NCBI RefSeq assembly: GCF_009914755.1
Contig: NC_060928.1
Length of the DNA stretch: 64,000 nucleotides
From: the human T2T-CHM13v2.0 reference genome, Homo sapiens
Direction: 5' to 3' (one strand)
This document shows, one piece after another, positions 57,191 to 64,000 of this stretch. Position 1 is the first letter of the stretch, and every line of letters starts with the position of its first letter. Position numbers and translations under genes: made by a program. Below the pieces are notes generated by a model. It did no database searches. It saw nothing but the letters and a program-made list of their open reading frames with translations, and was not told the origin of the DNA.

Positions 57191-59661
57191 GAGCAAGAAA
57201 GGAACAAATAGCAAATTTATGACGATGAAAATAATTGCACCTGAGTATGTTGAAGCTTGGCTTTCCCATTAAAAAGCCATTTGTATTTTCTGCATTGGTA
57301 TTTTCTGATACAATTTGTTGGTATTTTCTTTGAGAAAATTGTCACAAGAGTATAATGAAGGGCAAACTATGTACCCAGTCAAAATAATGAAAAATTGATG
57401 CTCTATTTGTAGACTCGATGATTCAGTGAATTCGGTACTCATCAACACAATTACCTGCCAGCAGTTTGACAAATCCACAAAAGGCTCATTTCTTAACAGA
57501 GATAAGCCCTTTCCTGTTTTTAATGCATTATTTTTAAAATTTTATTTCCACATTTTCTGCTATGGTCCAATAAGGAGAGTTGGTGCATGTATGGCACAGG
57601 GTGACTTCTCTTGGTCTCTCTTTTGAACCAAATTATTTTGAACCATAAAGATTAGAGCTCCATTTTATTTTACTTCCATTTTATTTTAGGGATGAACAAA
57701 GAAAATGAGTTTTGTTTGATAGAGAGTAAGGAGATAAGAAACAAACAGAAACAGCCACATTGAGGAGGGATATTAGCCATTTTATTGATCTCTTTTTACA
57801 TGAGTCTTAGTAGATGTAGCTGAATGATAAAATTGCAGAGTGTGCACCAGAATTTGGAACTCAGAAGTGGAATGATTATGGCTACTGTTTACTGAGCATG
57901 TACACTGTAACAGGTGTTTTCCACGCATTCCTTGTCACTGAATATTCTCAGCACCACCATTTTCTTCATTTTGTGGTGAAGTTTAAGTAAAATAATCAAG
58001 AAATGAAAGTAGTCATAGAAGAATTAGGATTTGAGGTTTCATTTGTAAAAAACTAATGCCTGTTTATTACATCTTGCTTTTTCTCCAGAAAGGAAACACT
58101 TTTTAAAGGGTTTATGGATCATTTAAGCATTTTCCAATACAGTTGTGGAAATAATTTGTGTTGTGTTAACAAATTTTCCAGGGTATTTTTAGGAGGAGCC
58201 ATGGAAGAGTTTTATAAAAATAAGAAGTTTCATTATAATTTAAAACATACCTTTAAGCCACAAGGAAAATACTTTCTCAGACCCTTAAGAACTATACAGG
58301 ACCTATTTCTGAATTGAATATAATAGTATTCTATTATTTTTGTTCATTTAGTTTTGTGATTGCCAAACTTTTTAGCATCTTATATTCAGAAATTGAAAAT
58401 TCTCAGCAAGTTGTATAAAATAATATTTTATTATCACTCTATTGAAAAGTGGGCAGTGTCCTAACTGATGGTGGCTTTCACATATTGGGAATCTTGTTTA
58501 GATGGTATACTTGGTTGGCAAAGAAAAATTAATTTCTTAGCACTCCATTCATATTGTAACTTTTTTCTTGAGTCTGTAGTCTAGTCATGATGTTTATTTA
58601 ATCCAGTAAAATTCTCTGATTACCATAGTGTAGATTCCTGGAGTTACCCATAACTGCATCTGTCTCAGATCCCAACTCCAGCCTCTCAGGGCCACCTGCA
58701 CCATGATGCCTGATGGATTGCATGGCAAGTGGGTAATAGATATTCAATAAATGTCTCTGAATAGAAGTGAATTGAAACAATGTAATGTTTAAAGAGCCAA
58801 CTACGTATAAAAATCCATCCAACAAATAGGTGGCCTTGATGTTAATTTCTGGTTCACTATTTAGAAACACTATTTGTTTTACATCTTTGTCTATGATTTC
58901 ATGTTTTGCAGTTTCCTTTTACATTTTATTTTTTCCTTTTTAAATTTCTTCCTTCCTTCCTTTTTTCATCTCTTCATTTCACCCTTATGTAATGTAAAAT
59001 CTTCTACCTTTTATTGAACACCCATTCTATTCATGTTTTCTAATTATCATTATATTTTTGAAATACAGGAATTTCCCACCCTCAATGATGAAGGTAACTT
59101 GCTTAAAAATTTAAGTAGCTTTGTCAATATCACACAGCTCATGAGAAGCAGAGTCATGCAAATCTTGGTTCAAATTTGTATTTCCATAGATATAAAACAG
59201 CATAAAATTTGCTTCTTCCTTATGAGGCTGGCTAAATTGTGAACTCTGCCAATGTGGGCTCTTGAAGCTTCCATGTGACTTCAGGCCATTCTTTCTTTCT
59301 TTTTCTATTTAGTTGAGTGACACCGCTAGGCTATAGATTGAAAATTTCCCTCTGGCTCATTAGGTATGAAAAAGTTTAAGAAGAGATCATGGATGTTTTT
59401 ATTCCCCTTGGCAAAATACATCAATGCAAACATTATCCTGTAGAAATACCAATGACCGGTAGTTAAATAATCAATAGGAATATTGTTTTGTCTTTTCTTC
59501 ATCATCATTCTTCTATCAGACATTTCTTGGGTTGAACTGGGTTAATTCTGCAGGCCAAGTGGCAGATATGCTGAACTTTAAGTTGCTCTCTAAGTCTCTG
59601 GGATAGAAGTGGGCTTCATGAGTAATTATCTAATATTTATTATGAATAATTAATCCAATAA

Positions 59662-59986
<325 letters not shown>

Positions 59987-60199
59987 CTGCACTGTACAAT
60001 TTTTGTCTTTTTTTCATTTGATGCCACTAACCCTTTATGGAAGAAGATTAAGCTTTGCCAAGTAATATGTAAATGTATATGTAAAATTTCTGATTCCAAT
60101 GCCCTCAACTATTTCAATGGTTTTATATGCCTCTAAATCTCTGTATTGTATAATATTTTGTTCAAAATTTATTGAGTGGTATTTTCCTAATACAAATCT

Positions 60200-61408
60200 G
60201 ATTACTTGAATATATGGTGTCAGAAATAGGGAGTTTCCTAAGATAATATTTCTTTCTGAGATTTTGGCCTAGTGGATGGCAAGGAAAAGGATGTTATAGG
60301 GTGGAAAGACAGTAAGCATGTTACATTGTGACTAAACAATTTGTGTTTCTAAGGAAGAAGTGGTAACACACAATGTTAGTTATATGTGCTGGTAGTTATT
60401 GACTCTACCAAGGTATGTAAGAGAGAAATTAATTCAGGAAAGAATCAACAGGTTTTCAAGCATAAACGAAAAGGAATGGTTTAGGCATCTCAGACTTTAA
60501 ATTGGAAGAAAAGCCAACTTCTAGGCTTAAACCGTAGGGAAGGACATTGAAAAAGACTTTGGGAAGCAAAGGCCAATCAGAATCCAGTATTGCAATAGAG
60601 ATTGGATTAAGGGTATAGCCTTCTCATTCAATCTTGATAGCTTAAAGTTGCCATTAAGCTAAGAGGAAAAGTGAGAGGTGGGGGAATAGAGCTGTGGGTA
60701 GAGTAAGAAAGGTAAAGGCACAAAGAAAAACTATGCCCCGGGAAATAATCTAGGTGTGGTTCCCAACATGTGGAGCCAACTGGAAGCCAATAGATCAGAA
60801 GCCTAGTAAGGTATCAAAGGAAAAGTGTTTCTGAAGATAATCCTCTTGACTAGTTGAGACCAAAAGAAACTTTTAGACCTTGGTTTATCATCCAAGGGAT
60901 CCCTCAAGATAACCCATGTCTTTATTCAATGTGTCCAAGAGAGCTTTGAAAAAGGAAGCAGGCAGAGCCAGAGGAAAGAAAGCATTACAGCCTAGGATGC
61001 CCCTCTCCCACCTAGAGGTCAGAAGCAGTGCCTAGCTGAGTGAATATCTCACTCCCAGGACAACCAGTCTTCAATGCATGCCCAGCAAGATTCTATAACT
61101 GTGACTGACCTCTGTCTTCTGTGGATCTTTCAGTCTTCTGTTATTTGAAGGAAATATTTTACTGCGGTCACCCTAAACCCATTTAATCTTGTATCTGAGC
61201 TATATGTGTTAGTGGGTGTGAGCAGTTAACTTATATTTTTAGTTCATACGTTGCTGGATGCAGGGCAGCCACACCCCAGTCTGATGACAAGGACTACGCT
61301 TAAATAAAAAAAATCCTTAACTTTAAACTAAACACAGTGACTGAAGGGAATGTTTGATTTTCTTCACTGGGGAAGAGCTGAGTGTATTCTGTAATTAGAG
61401 GAAATATG
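60200..61408 (+). mobile_element. MLT1-type MaLR internal region
   Basis: Start 'tatggtgtcagaaataggg' and end 'gagtgtattctg...' resemble MaLR-int termini. Confidence 0.5.
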
Positions 61409-62628
61409 TTTTGGTTGCTCCCATGGTACTCACCGCCTGATAATAACACCCTTGTATAATCTCCTTCCCTGGCAGGTTGGCAGGACCTGTGACTTGATTC
61501 TAGGCAACAGACCAATAGTAATCACCAACCACCAATAGCAAAGGTGATGAAATGTTTCTCCTGTGATTATACTAAATGTGAATAGTGATGGGACGTTGCT
61601 TTCGTGATTATGTTACATTACATAAAACCGTCTGCTAGCAGACCCACTCTAAAGTCTCTCTCTGTCCATTGCTGGCTTTGAAAAAGCAAGTTTTTGCGAA
61701 TCCTACAGCCACACGAAATAAATTCTACTACTAGTGTCCTGAGAGAGAACTAGGAAATGCTCCCACAACCCCTCAACTTGAGCTTGCAGACAAAAATCCA
61801 GCCGTGGCCCATGCTTGATTGTAGGTTTGTGAGACTCCTAGTGAATGACCCAGCTAATCCTTGGTTGAATTTCTGATCCTCAGAAAATGTGGTTTTAAAG
61901 ATCTAAGTATGTTTTAATTTATTATGCATTACAGTAGTCTCCCCTTATCTGTGGAGTCTATGTTCCAAGACTCCCAGTGGATGCCTGAAACCATGAATGG
62001 TACACCCTATATATTGTTAGCCTTTAATGCCCTTTTTATCTTAACTGAGAACTGCAGCTGTAACTATTGCAGTTTGATGTATGACAGCAAAACTACCATA
62101 AATTAATTTTTCCCTCTTCAGAATTTCAGAGTTAGAAGATCTGTTTTTACCTTAGACCTTGACAACTTCAGCATGTGATTTTTTTCTTTCCTTATTAAGA
62201 CAAGAACTTTCACCTTTTCAATTAAAGAAAGCACTTTACGGCTGCTCTTTGGCATATTACAATTGCCAATATTGCTATTTTTGCACTTTGGGGTCGTTAT
62301 TAAGTAAAATAAGGTTCACTTGAACACAAGGACTGATACTTCCACAGATGATCTGATAACTGAGGTCGCTGCAAAGACACTAATGGATGGGTAGCAAATA
62401 CAGCATAAATACGCAGAATAAAGGGACGATTCTCCTCCAACGCAGGTTGGAATGGGACAGTGTGGGCTTTCAGCACATTCATAGGAACGGTGTGCAATTT
62501 AAAACTTAGGAATTATTTCTGGGATTTTGCATTTAATATTTTCAGGCTATGGTTGAGCATAGATAACTGAAACCATGGAAAGCAAAACCACAGGTAAGGG
62601 AGGACTACTGTAATAGAAGCCTAATACA
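61409..62628 (+). mobile_element. MLT1E-like LTR interrupted by MER44
   Basis: 'cacccttgtataatctcc', 'ggcaggacctgtgactt' and 'gcaaaggtgatg'. The end reconstitutes as 'ttatgcat-ta-atagaagcctaataca'. Confidence 0.75.
61932..62610. mobile_element. MER44 (TcMar-Tigger7 derivative)
   Basis: 23-bp TIRs cagtagtctccccttatctgtgg / ccacaggtaagggaggactactg (20/23 match) and a TA TSD at 61930-61931 and 62611-62612. Confidence 0.9.
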
Positions 62629-62663
62629 GATATGCTTGGATATGTGATGACCAGAAGGATACA

Positions 62664-63095
62664 CAGTGAAAAAGATTGTTTGCAGACCACCAGAAATTAT
62701 TTGGCTCTTTCCCCATGGTTTAGAATCGCTATTAGGAAAATATCACAGTAAGGAACATATTCCCCTACCCTTTTATCAAGGTAGGGCCATATGACCAGCT
62801 CTGGTTAATGTATACTGGAATAATATGTACCACTTCTGAGTGAAGGTTTCTATGTGCCCTGCATGCATGACACATCGTCTCTTTCTATTGGATCATATAT
62901 ACTGAAGATAGTCGAAGCCCATGAAGAAAGAGGCTTGGATCCTTAAAAAATTGCATGGGACAGAAGACCTTCCCCTCCCATGTTTTCATCAATGATTTAA
63001 GCTGTAAAATGAAAGAAGGATAAACTCGTACTGTGTTAATTCATCAACACTTGGGATTTTTCATAATGTAACTTCACCTATTCTGACTAACACCA
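62664..63095 (+). mobile_element. MLT1J-like LTR
   Basis: 'ggtagggccatatgaccagctctgg', 'tgtaccacttctg', 'ataaactc...tgtgttaa' and 'ctgactaac'. Confidence 0.55.
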
Positions 63096-63389
63096 TAAAA
63101 GCAAAGTATTTTTATTGTCATTTTATTTTAATAAAGACCATTTCTTGAATTAATTTTATAATATTTAAATGACAAATGTTAGGTATATATACCAGTGCAT
63201 TTTATTTCTGAAGTGAAACAAAAAGAAAACTAGCATTGCTTCCAACTAAGTTTATGAATACCTCAATGAAACAAATCAATCAAGCAAGTCATTTTTATAT
63301 CAGTTTTCTAGAACTATATATGCATATTCCAAGATGAGAGTAATATATCCATTGGCTAATCACAATATGCAATTGAAATTGTGTAAAGA

Positions 63390-63600
63390 TCATGGACTTT
63401 GACAAGTTAGAGATTTGAACTTAAAGCCTGGTTTCAAAAAGTACAAGGTGTTTGATCTTGGCAAAGTAATTTAACCGGTTTCTCATTTTTGTCATCTTGT
63501 AAATGTGCATAGTATTTATAATATAAAACCGTTAGGAAAACGTAGTGATGAAAAATATCAAGCAAGCACAGTTCTTGTCACTTAGTAGGTGGTCAAACAC
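63390..63600 (+). mobile_element. MIR
   Basis: 'tgatcttggcaaagtaatttaacc...gcacagttcttgtcacttagtagg'. Confidence 0.55.
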
Positions 63601-63976
63601 TGCTAGATCTCTTCTCTTTCCCCCTTTATCTTTGTGTATCATAGGATGTCAAACAGATAATGAATAGCATCAATTATAGCTATGACATCTCCAGGACGTT
63701 ACTAATGAGAGTCATACATCAAAACATTAGGCTTATGTGTTATGCAACTATTTGCTGAAGCTGTTCCTACTTTAATTTTTAAGACAGTAACTTCAGAGCT
63801 TTCTAACATAACAAAATCTATATTTACTTTGAAAGCTATGCAGTGCTTTGAGTATAAAAGCAAACTGACAAAACTGTACATTTGGAATCACTACATCTTT
63901 ACAAAATCCTCCAAAGCCTTTTATGTCCACATATTTCTAACTAAAAAGTAAAAATTCTGTGAAGTTTAGTAACAGC

Positions 63977-64000
63977 TGTGTGTGTGTGTCCGTGTGTGTG
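63977..64000. repeat. Imperfect (TG)n running off the window end
   Basis: Seen directly. Confidence 0.85.

Overview
This window is AT-rich, CpG-poor primate (human-like) DNA, intergenic or deep-intronic, and dominated by transposon fossils. I found no host protein-coding exon, tRNA, rRNA or CRISPR array. Most listed ORFs are Alu, L1 or LTR read-throughs or chance ORFs. The main element is a full-length, inactivated L1PA4-like LINE-1 on the minus strand (16335-22437). It has a perfect 14-bp TSD, disrupted ORF1 and ORF2, a retained ZNF93-binding segment, a mutated YY1 site and a truncated antisense ORF0 whose first splice donor lies before the stop. Around it are 11 near-full-length Alus plus one fragment, truncated L1PA 3' ends (one young and L1PA2-like), and MaLR/ERVL LTRs. 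Also present are hAT and Tigger elements, MIR/L2/L1M relics and microsatellites. The best leads are candidate plus-strand non-coding exons (one flanked by inverted Alus), the L1 antisense promoter/ORF0 splice route, a hairpin made of two inverted MIRs, a CpG-retaining patch near 48 kb and a three-layer nested MaLR provirus. I cannot support a claim of a novel biological system here. Subfamily calls were made by eye against remembered consensus sequences and need RepeatMasker/Dfam confirmation.
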